In this document: piece by piece, positions 1-10,712 of the stretch
Numbering within the stretch: position 1 is the first letter of the stretch
Layout of the letters: each line of letters opens with the position of its first letter
NCBI GenBank assembly: GCA_045632305.1
Contig: JAZQWL010000043.1
Span: 917-64,916, forward strand
From: Eubacteriales bacterium
GTDB taxonomy: Bacteria; Bacillota; Clostridia; Oscillospirales; CAG-272
Direction of reading: 5' to 3'
DNA: 64,000 bases
Position numbers and translations under genes: made by a program
Notes under the pieces: generated by a model
Told to the model about the DNA's origin: nothing
Seen by the model: only the letters and a program-made list of their open reading frames with translations
The model's database searches: none

Positions 1-10
1 ATTTGCTTTC

Positions 11-1345
11 TTATTTGTCGTTTTCGTCGCCTCGCTCGCGAATAATGAGCTTGATGGGAGTACCTACAAATCCAAACGTTTCGCGAAGGCAGTTTTCAAG
101 ATATCTCTGGTAGGAGAAGTGGAAAAGCTCTGCATTGTTGCAGAAAATAACGAACGTGGGAGGTGTAACTCCGATCTGTGTCATGTAGTAGATCTTGAGG
201 CGCTTTCCCTTGTCCGACGGGGGCTGAGTTCTCATGGTCGCTTCGCCGAGAACGTCGTTGAGCATACCCGTCGCGATTCTGAACGTAGACTGGTTGCGAA
301 CGTAGTTGATGCGCTCAAAAAGATCGTCGATTCTCTGTCCCGTCTTTGCGGAAACAAAGATTATGGGGGCGTAGGGCATGAACGCCAGATGCGTTCTTAT
401 CTGATTTTCGTACTCCTTAACCGTGGAGTTGTCCTTTTCGATCGCGTCCCACTTATTAACAACGATAATAGACGCCTTGCCCGAATCGTGAGCGATACCC
501 GCGATCTTTTCGTCCTGCTCGGTAATGCCGCGCTCCGCGTCGATCATAATAAGACAAACGTCAGCGCGTTCAACCGCCATGTGTGCGCGGAGAACACTGA
601 ACCTTTCGATCTTGTCAAATACCTTTGACTGACGGCGAAGGCCCGCGGTGTCGATCATTGTGTACTTGCCGTGCTTGTTCTCAAGAGGTGTGTCGATGGC
701 GTCGCGAGTTGTTCCCGCAATGTTGGAAACGATAAGACGCTGCTCGCCGAGCATCTTGTTGATAATAGAGGATTTGCCCGCGTTCGGCTTGCCTATTACG
801 GCAACCTTGATGGAATCGTCCTCCTCCTCTTCGTAATCCCAATCGCCGAGCGCCTCAACGCAACGGTCGAGAATATCGCCCGAGCCCGTGCCGTGAACGG
901 ACGAGAGAGCTATGGGCTCGCAGTCGAATCCAAGCTCGTAGAATTCATAAAATTCAAAGGGGAGCTTGCCCACACTGTCGCATTTGTTGATACATGGAAT
1001 GATCGGCTTTCCGCTCTTCTTGAGCATGATAGCAATATCTCTGTCGTTTGCGGTAAGACCTGTGTGAACGTCGCACATAAACAAAATTACGTCCGCGTCG
1101 TCGATGGCGATCTGCGCCTGCATCTTCATCTGTGAAAGAATGATATCGTCTGTCTTGGGCTCGATACCGCCCGTGTCGATAACGATAAATTTTCTTCCGC
1201 ACCATTCGGTCTCGCCGTATATTCTATCTCTTGTAACGCCGGGCTCGTCCTCAACGATCGAGCGGCGTTCGCCTATAAGCTTGTTGAAAAGTGTGCTCTT
1301 ACCTACGTTAGGTCTGCCCACTATTGCTAAAATTGGTTTTGCCAT
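11..1345 (-). CDS. der: Ribosome biogenesis GTPase Der (EngA)
   Basis: Two tandem GTPase domains (GRPNVGKS/DTGG/NKCD and GKPNAGKS/DTAG/NKWD) plus a C-terminal KH-like domain. Confidence 0.97.
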   Translation of the reverse strand: MAKPILAIVGRPNVGKSTLFNKLIGERRSIVEDEPGVTRDRIYGETEWCGRKFIVIDTGGIEPKTDDIILSQMKMQAQIAIDDADVILFMCDVHTGLTANDRDIAIMLKKSGKPIIPCINKCDSVGKLPFEFYEFYELGFDCEPIALSSVHGTGSGDILDRCVEALGDWDYEEEEDDSIKVAVIGKPNAGKSSIINKMLGEQRLIVSNIAGTTRDAIDTPLENKHGKYTMIDTAGLRRQSKVFDKIERFSVLRAHMAVERADVCLIMIDAERGITEQDEKIAGIAHDSGKASIIVVNKWDAIEKDNSTVKEYENQIRTHLAFMPYAPIIFVSAKTGQRIDDLFERINYVRNQSTFRIATGMLNDVLGEATMRTQPPSDKGKRLKIYYMTQIGVTPPTFVIFCNNAELFHFSYQRYLENCLRETFGFVGTPIKLIIRERGDENDK

Positions 1346-1368
1346 TTATTTTCTCCTATCTTAGGGTA

Positions 1369-2679
1369 TCAGTCAAGTAAAAGATTGCGAATGAAGAGCG
1401 CGCCGTCATTTGAGCCGGGAGCCACTCTTACACCTAACTTTTCGCTCAAGGTGTCGGGCGTCATATCGTCAAGGAAAATGTCCTCGCCCGCACGAAGCAT
1501 ATTTTCGGGGAAGAAAAGAACCTCGCCGAGATTCTTGCTATCAAGCTGCTCGGAAATATCCTTACCCGTGAGCAGACCCGCAACGGTAATGCTTTCACCG
1601 AAAAAGTGGTTTATAATTTTGTATACGTTGATCTTGAGTCCGGGAACCCTTTTCTCAAGTCGTGCCGTCATAGCCGAAAGTGAATCGAACGCCGCAGCCC
1701 CCGTCGCTACCGAAACGGTTCTCGGTAATTTTACCTCGGACAAATATTCGTCGATATACTCAAACTCGTCGTTGAATTCATCGCGCATTGACGTGATCAT
1801 TCCGACGCCGTTCTCGATCTGCGAATAGCCCTCGTAGTATTCCTCGCTCGGCAAGGGTAATTCCGCCTTTAAGTAAAGCTCGTCCGCGGCATAGAAAACT
1901 CTCTGACCGTGCTTTTCCTTCATTTCGCCCGAAAAGCTGTCGATCATTCCGATGATCTCTCTTGCCTCTTCCCTTGTATAATGAGTCAAGGGGTAGAGCT
2001 TTTCACGGAATTTCGTAAGGCCCGCGGGAACGATGGAAACGCTTTGCATTGCGGGGAAAAGCTCCGAGAGATCTCTCATCGAGCGGAGAAGCTCCTGCCC
2101 GTCGTTGATCCCGCGGCAAAGTACGATCTGTCCGCACAGAGAAATTCCCGCGTCGGCAAGCTTTCTCATATACGCGAGCACCTCGCCTGCGCGTTTGTTG
2201 TGCATCATCTTGACACGAAGGTCGGGATTTGTCGTGTGAACCGAAATGTTTATCGGAGAGATACGCATTTCGATAATTCTGTCAATATCACGCTCGTGAA
2301 GATTTGTAAGCGTGATGTAATTTCCGTGAAGGAAGGAGAGACGCGAGTCATCGTCCTTGAAGTAAAGCGTCTCTCTCATACCCTCGGGAAGCTGGTCAAT
2401 AAAGCAGAAAATACACTTGTTGTGACAGGACTGCTTTTTGTCCATGAGCGGAGTTTCGAACTCCAGACCTATATCGTCATATTGCTGTTTTTTAATTGTA
2501 ACGGTGTATTCTTCACCGTCGCGCGAAAGCAAAAGCTCAACCTTATTATCGGTAAGGAAGAATCTGTAATCAAGTACGTCGCGAATCTCCCGCCCGTTGA
2601 TTGAGAGGAGATTATCGCCCGCAAGTATTCCGTTTTTTTGAGCTCTGCTGCGTGGCTCAACTCCTGTTATTTTTACCAT
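1369..2679 (-). CDS. PDZ + radical SAM-like protein, DUF512 family
   Basis: N-terminal PDZ-like segment, CHNKCIFC (CxxxCxxC) motif, KDDDSRLSF and QIENGVG motifs; adjacent to der as is typical for this family. Confidence 0.88.
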   Translation of the reverse strand: MVKITGVEPRSRAQKNGILAGDNLLSINGREIRDVLDYRFFLTDNKVELLLSRDGEEYTVTIKKQQYDDIGLEFETPLMDKKQSCHNKCIFCFIDQLPEGMRETLYFKDDDSRLSFLHGNYITLTNLHERDIDRIIEMRISPINISVHTTNPDLRVKMMHNKRAGEVLAYMRKLADAGISLCGQIVLCRGINDGQELLRSMRDLSELFPAMQSVSIVPAGLTKFREKLYPLTHYTREEAREIIGMIDSFSGEMKEKHGQRVFYAADELYLKAELPLPSEEYYEGYSQIENGVGMITSMRDEFNDEFEYIDEYLSEVKLPRTVSVATGAAAFDSLSAMTARLEKRVPGLKINVYKIINHFFGESITVAGLLTGKDISEQLDSKNLGEVLFFPENMLRAGEDIFLDDMTPDTLSEKLGVRVAPGSNDGALFIRNLLLD

Positions 2680-2690
2680 TTTAGTGTCCT

Positions 2691-3632
2691 TTATTTTTTA
2701 AGTGAAATTGCTTTTCTCGCCTTTTCTGCGACGTTTTCCTTTGTAAGTCCGTATTCCTCGAGAAGCGGAACAACCGCGCCCGATTTACCGAATTTGTCCT
2801 CAACGCCTACGCGAAGCATGGGAGCGGGACATTCCTCGCAGACAACTTCTGCTACCGCCGATCCAAGACCGCCTATAATATTGTGTTCTTCAACTGTTAC
2901 GATTGCGCCCGTCTCCTTTGCCGCCTTAATGATGATCTCGCGGTCAATGGGCTTGATCGTGTGAATGTTTATAACTCTTGCATCAATTCCCTCGGCTGCG
3001 AGAAGCTCTGCCGCTTCAAGCGCGATGGAAACCGTAATACCCGAGCCGATGATGGTTACGTCGGCGCCGTCTCTGAGCGTTACGCCACGGCCAAGCTCGA
3101 ACTTGTATTCGGGGTTGTCGTTGATCACGGGCACAGCATAACGGCCGAAACGAATATAGAACGGTCCGTAGGTCTGCATAGCCGCCTCAACCGCCGCTCT
3201 TGCTTCAACCGCGTCGGAGGGATTGATAACCGTCATGCCTGGGATAGTTCTCATAAGCGCGATATCCTCAAGGCACTGGTGTGTCGCTCCGTCCTCACCA
3301 ACGGTGATACCGCCGTGGGTTGCGCCGATCTTAACGTTTAAGTGGGGGTAGCCGATGCTGTTTCTGACCTGCTCAAACGCGCGTCCTGCCGCAAACATTG
3401 CAAAGGAGGAGGCAAACGTCATCTTGCCCGTCGCCGCAAGACCTGCCGCTACGGTCATCATGTTGCCTTCGGCAATACCGCAATCAAAAAATCTGTCGGG
3501 GCACGCCTTCTTGAAAAGACCTGTCTTGGTAGCAGCCGCGAGGTCTGCGTCAAGAACAACGAAATCGTATTTATCTGCAAATTCTACAAGCGCCTTTCCG
3601 TACGCTTCTCTTGTTGCTATCTTATCTGCCAT
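2691..3632 (-). CDS. Transketolase, C-terminal (pyrimidine-binding) subunit
   Basis: GIAEGNM, GEDGATHQ and TVEEH motifs. Confidence 0.93.
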   Translation of the reverse strand: MADKIATREAYGKALVEFADKYDFVVLDADLAAATKTGLFKKACPDRFFDCGIAEGNMMTVAAGLAATGKMTFASSFAMFAAGRAFEQVRNSIGYPHLNVKIGATHGGITVGEDGATHQCLEDIALMRTIPGMTVINPSDAVEARAAVEAAMQTYGPFYIRFGRYAVPVINDNPEYKFELGRGVTLRDGADVTIIGSGITVSIALEAAELLAAEGIDARVINIHTIKPIDREIIIKAAKETGAIVTVEEHNIIGGLGSAVAEVVCEECPAPMLRVGVEDKFGKSGAVVPLLEEYGLTKENVAEKARKAISLKK

Positions 3633-3648
3633 ATCAAATTCCTCCGTA

Positions 3649-4476
3649 TCAGAGTAATGCCGAAAGCTCGGCTACCGCAATATCTCTCTGCTCGTCGTTG
3701 GGAGCGGCTCCGTGCCAATTAACCTTGTTTTCCATAAAGGACACGCCACGACCCTTAACTGTGTTCATCACAATTGCAAAGGGCTTACCCGAATTCGCCT
3801 TGAATTTATTCATTGCGTCCTCGATCTGGCGGAAATCGTGTCCGTCGATCGTTACTACCTCAAATCCGAAAGCCGAAAGCTTTGCCTCAAAGGGAGCGGG
3901 ATTCATAACCTCAGCTACGGGACCGTCGATCTGAAGACCGTTGTAGTCGATAATAACGCAGAGGTTGTCGAGCTTGTAATGAGAAGCAAACATGCATGCC
4001 TCCCAAACCTGACCTTCCTCGCTCTCACCGTCGCCGAGGATAGTGAAGACACGGTAATCCTTTTTGTCGATCTTGCCCGCAAGAGCCATACCGCATGCCG
4101 CGGAAATGCCGAGACCGAGAGAGCCCGTTGTCATATCAACACCGGGAATGCCCTTCATGTCGGGGTGTCCCTGAAGACGTGAATCTATCTTTCGAAGAGT
4201 GAGAAGCTCTTCCTCGGGGAAATAGCCGCGGAGAGCGAGCGCGGAATAAAGCGCGGGAGCGGTGTGCCCCTTCGATAGAACGAAGCGGTCGCGATCCTCC
4301 CATTTTGGGGATTCGGGGTTTATATTCATTTCCTCAAAATAGAGGTATGTCAGCATATCTGCGATGGAGAGCGAGCCACCGGGGTGACCGCACTTTGCAG
4401 CGTGGGTGGAATTGATAATTCCGAGTCGTACCTTTGTCGCAATTCTAGAAAGCTCTGTGATTCTGTTCTGTTCCAT
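3649..4476 (-). CDS. Transketolase, N-terminal (TPP-binding) subunit
   Basis: GHPGGSLS, LSKGH, GSLG and GDGE TPP motifs. Confidence 0.93.
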   Translation of the reverse strand: MEQNRITELSRIATKVRLGIINSTHAAKCGHPGGSLSIADMLTYLYFEEMNINPESPKWEDRDRFVLSKGHTAPALYSALALRGYFPEEELLTLRKIDSRLQGHPDMKGIPGVDMTTGSLGLGISAACGMALAGKIDKKDYRVFTILGDGESEEGQVWEACMFASHYKLDNLCVIIDYNGLQIDGPVAEVMNPAPFEAKLSAFGFEVVTIDGHDFRQIEDAMNKFKANSGKPFAIVMNTVKGRGVSFMENKVNWHGAAPNDEQRDIAVAELSALL

Positions 4477-4514
4477 AAAGCGCCTCCGTTAGTTTACATA
4501 GTTATTCACCTTAC

Positions 4515-4543
4515 ATTGTAACATATTTTACTTTGCTTGTCAA
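4515..4543 (-). promoter_or_regulatory. sigmaA-type promoter of the tkt-DUF512-der operon
   Basis: Minus strand TTGACA-17 nt-TACAAT. Confidence 0.7.
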
Positions 4544-4586
4544 CAATATTAATTATTATTATGTTTATATTTCTTATATAAAATAG

Positions 4587-4615
4587 TTGAAAATCCTCGT
4601 ATTTTGTGGTATAAT
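4587..4615 (+). promoter_or_regulatory. sigmaA-type promoter of the alr operon
   Basis: TTGAAA-17 nt-TATAAT with a TG extension. Confidence 0.7.
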
Positions 4616-4654
4616 AATTATGTATATGCAAATTTTTATAGAAAGGCAGAAGCT

Positions 4655-5857
4655 ATGCCACGTTTATATTCTACTCTTCCGAGCGTAAAAGAACCTAAAA
4701 ATATTGCTTGGATCAATCTCGAAAATCTTAAAAATAACTATAAAAAGCTCGCATCCTGCACGCCCTCCGCGCGTCACATTTGCGTAATCAAGGCGGACGC
4801 TTACGGTCACGGCGCCAACGAATGCGCCGAGGCATTGCTCTTATGCGGCTGCGATTTCTTCGCGGTTTCGTCCATTGAGGAGGCGACCTCACTCCGTCTT
4901 TTTCTTCGCACAATTACCGATGCGGAGAACGAGCCCGACATTCTTATTCTCGGCTTCACACCCGTGGAATACGCGTCGGAGCTTGCAAAATTAAATATTA
5001 TTCAGGCGGGAATTTCCTTTGAATACTGCGTTTCTCTTTCGGAGGCGGCAAAGCTTGCGGGGGTTTGCGTAAATCTTCATATCAAGCTCGATACAGGTAT
5101 GAACAGAGTCGGCTTCGTTTGCCACAACGACAAGCAGGCAAAGAGTGTCGCCAGGGATATTCTTGAAATTTCAAAGCTCAAAAATCTCAACGTTTGCGGA
5201 ATGTTTTCTCATTTTGCAAAGAGCGATGAGGACGAGAGCGGCGCGGATTTTAACCACACCGACCGACAGTATTCCCGCTTCATGGCGGTTAAAAATGCTC
5301 TTGAATCGCAGGGCTGTGATATCGGCTTCTGTCATATCTGCAACAGCGCGGGCAACACGAAATACCCCCACTATCAGCTTGACGGAGTTCGTCTCGGCAT
5401 TATGCTTTACGGATACAATCCCATTGAAAATATGGAATTTTCACTTGAGCCCGTAATGGAGCTTCAGAGCTTGATCTCGCATATTCATACTATGGAAGCG
5501 GGCGAGGAGCTTGGTTACGGCGGCACATATATTGCTGAAAGTAAAAGAAGGATCGCCACGATCCCGATCGGATACGCCGACGGATTTTTCAGAATGTACC
5601 GTGGCTCTACCGTACAGATAAAGACGAGAAGCGGTAGCTATCTTGCCAAGCTTGTCGGCAGAGTTTGTATGGATCAGTGCATGGCGGATATAACCGATAT
5701 TCCCGATGCCGAGCCGCTCGACCGTGTTTCCATGTTCGGCTATGCGGCGGGCACACTCGAGACGATCGCGAAAAATTCGGGATTCCTTGAATACGAGATC
5801 GTTTGCGGAGTATCCTCCCGCGTCGAAAGAAGATATATTTCGGAGAGCAACAAATGA
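4655..5857 (+). CDS. alr: Alanine racemase
   Basis: VIKADAYGHG PLP-lysine motif, KLDTGMNRVG, GYGG and GRVCMD; start moved to ATG 4655 downstream of GAAAGG and the promoter. Confidence 0.93.
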   Translation: MPRLYSTLPSVKEPKNIAWINLENLKNNYKKLASCTPSARHICVIKADAYGHGANECAEALLLCGCDFFAVSSIEEATSLRLFLRTITDAENEPDILILGFTPVEYASELAKLNIIQAGISFEYCVSLSEAAKLAGVCVNLHIKLDTGMNRVGFVCHNDKQAKSVARDILEISKLKNLNVCGMFSHFAKSDEDESGADFNHTDRQYSRFMAVKNALESQGCDIGFCHICNSAGNTKYPHYQLDGVRLGIMLYGYNPIENMEFSLEPVMELQSLISHIHTMEAGEELGYGGTYIAESKRRIATIPIGYADGFFRMYRGSTVQIKTRSGSYLAKLVGRVCMDQCMADITDIPDAEPLDRVSMFGYAAGTLETIAKNSGFLEYEIVCGVSSRVERRYISESNK

Positions 5858-6501
5858 GTAAAGCGGTAATTTTTGATCTCGACGGAACTCTGCTCAATAC
5901 GCTTGGCGATCTTTGCGACAGTGTAAATTTCGTGCTTGAATCCTACGGATATCCTACAAGAACAATCGAGGAAGTAAATTCCTTTATCGGCAATGGCGTA
6001 GGCGAGCTTATCCGCCGTTCCCTGCCCGAGTCGGCGCAGGATAAATTTGACGAGGCGCTTGCAAAATTCAAGGAATACTACGGCGAGCATTCAAACGTTA
6101 AGACTTGTGTTTACGACGGACTTTTAGAGATGCTTGAGCAGCTTCGCGCTGACGGATACAAGATCGGAGTCGTTACAAACAAGGTCGATTTTGCGGCAAA
6201 GACGCTTTGCGACGAATATTTCGGTTCGCTTGTAGATATTGCGATCGGCGACCGTGAAAATTTTCCACGCAAGCCCGCGCCCGATTCCGTTTTTGAGGCG
6301 ATGCAAATACTCGGGTGTGACAGGGCGATCTACGTCGGTGACTCCGACGTGGACGTTGCTACCGCAAAAAATGCGAATCTCCCCTGCATTTGCGTGACTT
6401 GGGGATTCCGCGACAGAGAATTTTTAGAAATGAGCGGCGGCTATCTTTTTGCGGATGATGCCGACGGACTGTATAAAATTATAAAAGGAGTGGCTTTATG
6501 A
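5854..6501 (+). CDS. HAD-family hydrolase (phosphoglycolate phosphatase-like)
   Basis: FDLDGTL motif I, RKPAP, YVGDS; ATGA overlap with the alr stop. Confidence 0.88.
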   Translation: MSKAVIFDLDGTLLNTLGDLCDSVNFVLESYGYPTRTIEEVNSFIGNGVGELIRRSLPESAQDKFDEALAKFKEYYGEHSNVKTCVYDGLLEMLEQLRADGYKIGVVTNKVDFAAKTLCDEYFGSLVDIAIGDRENFPRKPAPDSVFEAMQILGCDRAIYVGDSDVDVATAKNANLPCICVTWGFRDREFLEMSGGYLFADDADGLYKIIKGVAL

Positions 6502-7874
6502 AGCTTCCCGAAAAGTTCAAGGAGAGAATGCTGACGTACGACGGCGTGGACGCCGAAAAGCTGTTCTCATCCCTTGAAGAGGGCGACGCCAAAAAGGCGT
6601 TTCGCGTTAACAGTATAAAAATATCCACAGAGGATTATCTTCAAATAAATCCCTTCTCTGCAAAGGCGATCCCGTTTGCTCCCGAGGGCTTTTATACGGA
6701 TGCCGACAAGGTGGGCAATACCGTTCAGCATCATGCGGGAATGATCTATATGCAGGATCCGTCCGCCATGATAACCGTCAAGGCGGTTGACGTAAAGGAG
6801 GGATGGCGCGTGCTTGACGCCTGCGCTTCTCCCGGTGGCAAGACAACTCAGCTTTCCGCGGCGGTTGGAGATAGCGGTATTGTGGTCTGCAACGAATACG
6901 TTACGAAAAGATGCCGAATCCTTGAGGAAAATATTACGCGTCTCGGTTGCCGAAACGCGGTGGTTCTCAATATGGATACAAAATATATTGCGGAATTTTA
7001 TCCCGAAAAATTCGATCTCGTCGTTTGTGACGCGCCCTGCTCGGGCGAGGGTATGTTCCGCAAAAACGAGCTTGCAATCTCCGAATGGTCGACCGAAAAT
7101 GTAGAAATGTGCGCCGAGCGACAGATGGAAATACTTGAAAACTGCGCGAGAAACGTTTCTCCCGACGGATATCTTCTCTACTCGACCTGCACCTTTTCGC
7201 TTGAAGAGAACGAGATGAACGTTGAAAAATTCTTAAATTCCCATCCCGAGTTTTACCTTTGTGACGTCAGTGAATCCATTAAGCCCTATACGGCTGACGG
7301 CATCTGCTTTGACGGCTGTACGCACGATATGAAAAAAACGCGCCGCTTCTACCCCTACGTTTCGGACGGAGAGGGACAGTTTATCGCGCTTATGAAAAAG
7401 ACCGAGTCGGTTATTCACAGCGACACACGAAAAAAAGCGGACAAAAAAGCGCGCGACGGCAAGGGAAAGCCGCAGGCGGCAGACCTTGAAGCAATTTCTG
7501 TGGCAAAGAAGTTTATCGAGGAAAATCTTTGCGGTGTCGAATATTTAAAACCGTTTGTCTATAACGGAAGAGTATATCTTTGCCCCGATATTGAGATCAT
7601 GCCCTTCGGAGTTTTCTCGGCGGGAGTGCTTATGGGCGAGGTCAGAAAGGGACGTCTTGTTCCCGCCCATCATCTGTTCTCCGCACTCGGTAAAAATTTC
7701 AAGAATAAGATCTGTCTTGACGTTGAGGACGAGCGTCTTGCCGATTATATAAACGGTTACGAAATCACTGTACCCGAGGCGAAAAACGGCTTTGCCGTTA
7801 TCACGGTAAACGGTGCGCCTCTCGGTGGCGTGAAGGTATCAGGTGGCGCTTGTAAGAATCATTATCTTAAATAA
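6498..7874 (+). CDS. RsmF/NOL1/NOP2/Sun-family rRNA m5C methyltransferase
   Basis: QDPSAM, DACASPGGKT, DAPCSGEG and YSTCT motifs; C-terminal PUA-like region. Confidence 0.9.
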   Translation: MKLPEKFKERMLTYDGVDAEKLFSSLEEGDAKKAFRVNSIKISTEDYLQINPFSAKAIPFAPEGFYTDADKVGNTVQHHAGMIYMQDPSAMITVKAVDVKEGWRVLDACASPGGKTTQLSAAVGDSGIVVCNEYVTKRCRILEENITRLGCRNAVVLNMDTKYIAEFYPEKFDLVVCDAPCSGEGMFRKNELAISEWSTENVEMCAERQMEILENCARNVSPDGYLLYSTCTFSLEENEMNVEKFLNSHPEFYLCDVSESIKPYTADGICFDGCTHDMKKTRRFYPYVSDGEGQFIALMKKTESVIHSDTRKKADKKARDGKGKPQAADLEAISVAKKFIEENLCGVEYLKPFVYNGRVYLCPDIEIMPFGVFSAGVLMGEVRKGRLVPAHHLFSALGKNFKNKICLDVEDERLADYINGYEITVPEAKNGFAVITVNGAPLGGVKVSGGACKNHYLK

Positions 7875-7921
7875 ACTCAACTGAGATTATATATTTCGAT
7901 TAAAGCTTGAGAGGTTTTTAT

Positions 7922-9220
7922 ATGAAAAAAGACTTGAAGGAAAAGCTTATAAATAGAAAAATCAAAAAGCCGAATCCCATACTTATGACGGTCGGCATGT
8001 GGGTGGTCGGAATCATGAACAAAGCGTACGGCGTTAAGTTCAGCTACGACTACGATATAAAAAAGCTCAAGGTTCAACCTACGATATTGCTCTCCTCCCA
8101 CGCGTCGCGTCTTGAATTTATCTATACCGTCTACGGATTCCACCGAAAGGACATCAACGTGGTTTGCGGCTATCAGAACATAATGACCAAGGGGCTTTAC
8201 TCCCTTTTCATTAAATTCGGCGCGATTTCCAAGTATCTGTATCAGCCCGATTTTGTGAGCATGAAAAAGATGCTCGGCGTTCTCCGTCGCGGCGGCGCGC
8301 TCGGACTTTTCCCCGAGGGCATTCAGTCGACGAGCGGAAGCACGCATCCGATAAATCCCGCGACAGCCAAGTTTATAAAGAGCAGTAAGGCGAACGTTGT
8401 GGTGTGTACCACACGCGGCGCGTACATGTCGACAAATCGCTACTCGTCGGATCGAAAGAAGGGATATATCGGTGTTGATTACACCCTCCTTTTTACACCC
8501 GAAACCTTAAAGGAGCTTTCCGAGGAAGAGATCTATACGAAAATTCTCGAAAAAATAAGCTACAACGATTTTGAATACAATAAGATCGCGCGAAACAAAT
8601 ACGTGGGCAAAAAGCCGAATGCTTTCGGCATTGACAGAATACTTTATAAATGTCCCGATTGCAAGGCGGAGCATAAGCTTCGTGTTGAGGGTGATACAGT
8701 AAAGTGCGGCGGCTGCGGATTTGCCGCGCGGGTGAACGAATACTACGATCTTGTTTCCGTCTCGGGCAACTGCCCCGAAAATATCGATGCGTGGTACAAG
8801 TGGCAGAGACGGTGCGTCTCGGAGCAGATAAATGAAGATGGCTTCTGCATGGAAATGCGCGGACGCCTCTGCACCATCAGAACCGACAAATTGAAAAAAG
8901 AGCCGAAGGACAGAGTGGTCTTATCCGTCGGAGAGGCAATTCTTACAAAGGACGGTCTTTCTTTTGTCGGCTCGCTTGACGGTAAGGCGGCGGATTTCAA
9001 TTTCCGAGCAAGCTCGGTATATTCCCTCACCTTCTCGATGAAGGGCTTTTTGGAGTTTTACAATAACAACGACTATTATTTGTTAGTTCCCGAGGATGAG
9101 GATGCATGCCTTGTTAAATGGACGCTCGCATCCGAGGAGATCCACAATCTTTACGACGAAAGATGGAGAGCCGCTTGCGATGATGCTTACGGCTACGCTA
9201 AAGGAGTAATTTATGAGTAA
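7922..9220 (+). CDS. PlsC-like acyltransferase with Zn-ribbon and C-terminal extension
   Basis: H-x4-E (HASRLE) block, LFPEG block, CPDC...CGGC ribbon; GAGG RBS before ATG 7922. Confidence 0.72.
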   Translation: MKKDLKEKLINRKIKKPNPILMTVGMWVVGIMNKAYGVKFSYDYDIKKLKVQPTILLSSHASRLEFIYTVYGFHRKDINVVCGYQNIMTKGLYSLFIKFGAISKYLYQPDFVSMKKMLGVLRRGGALGLFPEGIQSTSGSTHPINPATAKFIKSSKANVVVCTTRGAYMSTNRYSSDRKKGYIGVDYTLLFTPETLKELSEEEIYTKILEKISYNDFEYNKIARNKYVGKKPNAFGIDRILYKCPDCKAEHKLRVEGDTVKCGGCGFAARVNEYYDLVSVSGNCPENIDAWYKWQRRCVSEQINEDGFCMEMRGRLCTIRTDKLKKEPKDRVVLSVGEAILTKDGLSFVGSLDGKAADFNFRASSVYSLTFSMKGFLEFYNNNDYYLLVPEDEDACLVKWTLASEEIHNLYDERWRAACDDAYGYAKGVIYE

Positions 9221-10694
9221 AAACACAGAGCTTGACGTAAAGGTAAAATTTGGACTTAAGAGCTTTATTACGGTAGTTGCGATACTTATCGCTGTGCTTG
9301 TGTTCGTGGGTGTTCTTACCTACGTGATACCCGCGGGAAAATATACCGTATATACCACCGATGAATCCAAGATCGGCCAGCCGTTTTATCAGTATACGGA
9401 CGACGAGTCCTTAAACAAGCAGATCGTAATAGATTCCTACCGAGAGCTTGAGGACGGAGAAAACACCTCAAGACTCCCCTTTTACCGTTGGCTGACCTCT
9501 CCCTTTGAGGCCATGCTCTTCGGCAGTAACAACATGAATATGCTTATGATCATCGCGCTTCTGCTCGTGCTTGGAGGTACGTTCAAGGTGCTTGAGGAGA
9601 GCGGCGGATTGGTATCGCTTGTCAGAATGATAATGCAGAATCTTCAGTCACGAAGATTTGTTGCCATTTGGGTTATCACCGCAGTCATTATGATACTTTC
9701 CGCAGTGTTTGGCCTTCAGGAGCAGCTGCTCATTCTCTACCCCGTTTTCGCAATGCTCTGCACCGCGCTCAATTGGTCGCGCTTTACTGCGATCTCGTTC
9801 GTGCTTATTGCGTCGGGAGTCGGATTTACAACGGCAATTACAAACCCCATGACGATAGGTACGGCTTCTATCGCGGCGGGAGTGAGCATTACCGACGGCA
9901 TGTGGTACAGATGCATAATCTTCTGTGTTATGTACGTTCTCACCTCGCTCTTCCTTACCCACCTCGCGCGTCGCGACGAGAAGAGAGCGACCGAAAAATT
10001 TGACGTTCAGGGCTTTGTCTCGGTTTCGGATAAGGAGCATAAAGAGGATCTTTATAAGGCGAAAATGATCATAACGCTGTTCTCGATCGCGCTTCTCTCG
10101 GTTATTGTAACCACCTCGATCCCCTCGCTTCGCTCCCTTGCAATGGTGTTTATGGCGGCGGCATTCATCGTGGGTACGGTCATTATCGGACGAGTTCTGC
10201 TTGGCTCATTCAAGCGCCTCGGTAAGTGCTTCCTCAAGGGCGTTAAGGATGTGCTTCCATCCGTGCTTATCATTATGATCGCCTTTGGCATCACTTACAT
10301 AGCTCAAGAGGGCAATATCCTACATACCATTTTCTATTATTTCTATAATTCCGTAACGAATATTTCGCCGTATCTCGCGGTGATCATTCTCTATGCGTTC
10401 GTGTTGATCGTCGAATTCTTTATTCCCAGCGCGTCCGCGAAGGCGGTGCTTATTATCCCCATGCTCACTCTCGCGCCCATTGAGGGCATCAGTAAGACGG
10501 TCATTATCCTGACGTATCTTTTTGCGGACGGATATACGAACGTTTTGTATCCTACCTGCGGTACCCTGCTCGTAGGCCTCGGTCTTGCCGACGTGAGCTT
10601 TGCGGAGTGGTTCAAGAAAACCATCCTTTTCCAGCTCTTCCTTATGGCTGTGTCGATCGGATTTTTGATGCTTGCCGTGTTTATTGGGCTGTAA
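9213..10694 (+). CDS. YfcC/DcuC-like ion-transporter-superfamily membrane protein
   Basis: LTYVIPAGKY N-terminal motif, TNPMTIGTA, FFIPSASAKA and DGYTN..PT motifs; about 12 hydrophobic segments. Confidence 0.75.
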   Translation: MSKNTELDVKVKFGLKSFITVVAILIAVLVFVGVLTYVIPAGKYTVYTTDESKIGQPFYQYTDDESLNKQIVIDSYRELEDGENTSRLPFYRWLTSPFEAMLFGSNNMNMLMIIALLLVLGGTFKVLEESGGLVSLVRMIMQNLQSRRFVAIWVITAVIMILSAVFGLQEQLLILYPVFAMLCTALNWSRFTAISFVLIASGVGFTTAITNPMTIGTASIAAGVSITDGMWYRCIIFCVMYVLTSLFLTHLARRDEKRATEKFDVQGFVSVSDKEHKEDLYKAKMIITLFSIALLSVIVTTSIPSLRSLAMVFMAAAFIVGTVIIGRVLLGSFKRLGKCFLKGVKDVLPSVLIIMIAFGITYIAQEGNILHTIFYYFYNSVTNISPYLAVIILYAFVLIVEFFIPSASAKAVLIIPMLTLAPIEGISKTVIILTYLFADGYTNVLYPTCGTLLVGLGLADVSFAEWFKKTILFQLFLMAVSIGFLMLAVFIGL

Positions 10695-10712
10695 TGATGA
10701 AATAAATATATG

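Noticed and set aside
2691..4476. Frameshifted transketolase pseudogene
   Set aside because: Each half has its own GGAGG RBS and intact motifs, and two-subunit transketolases are normal in Clostridia.
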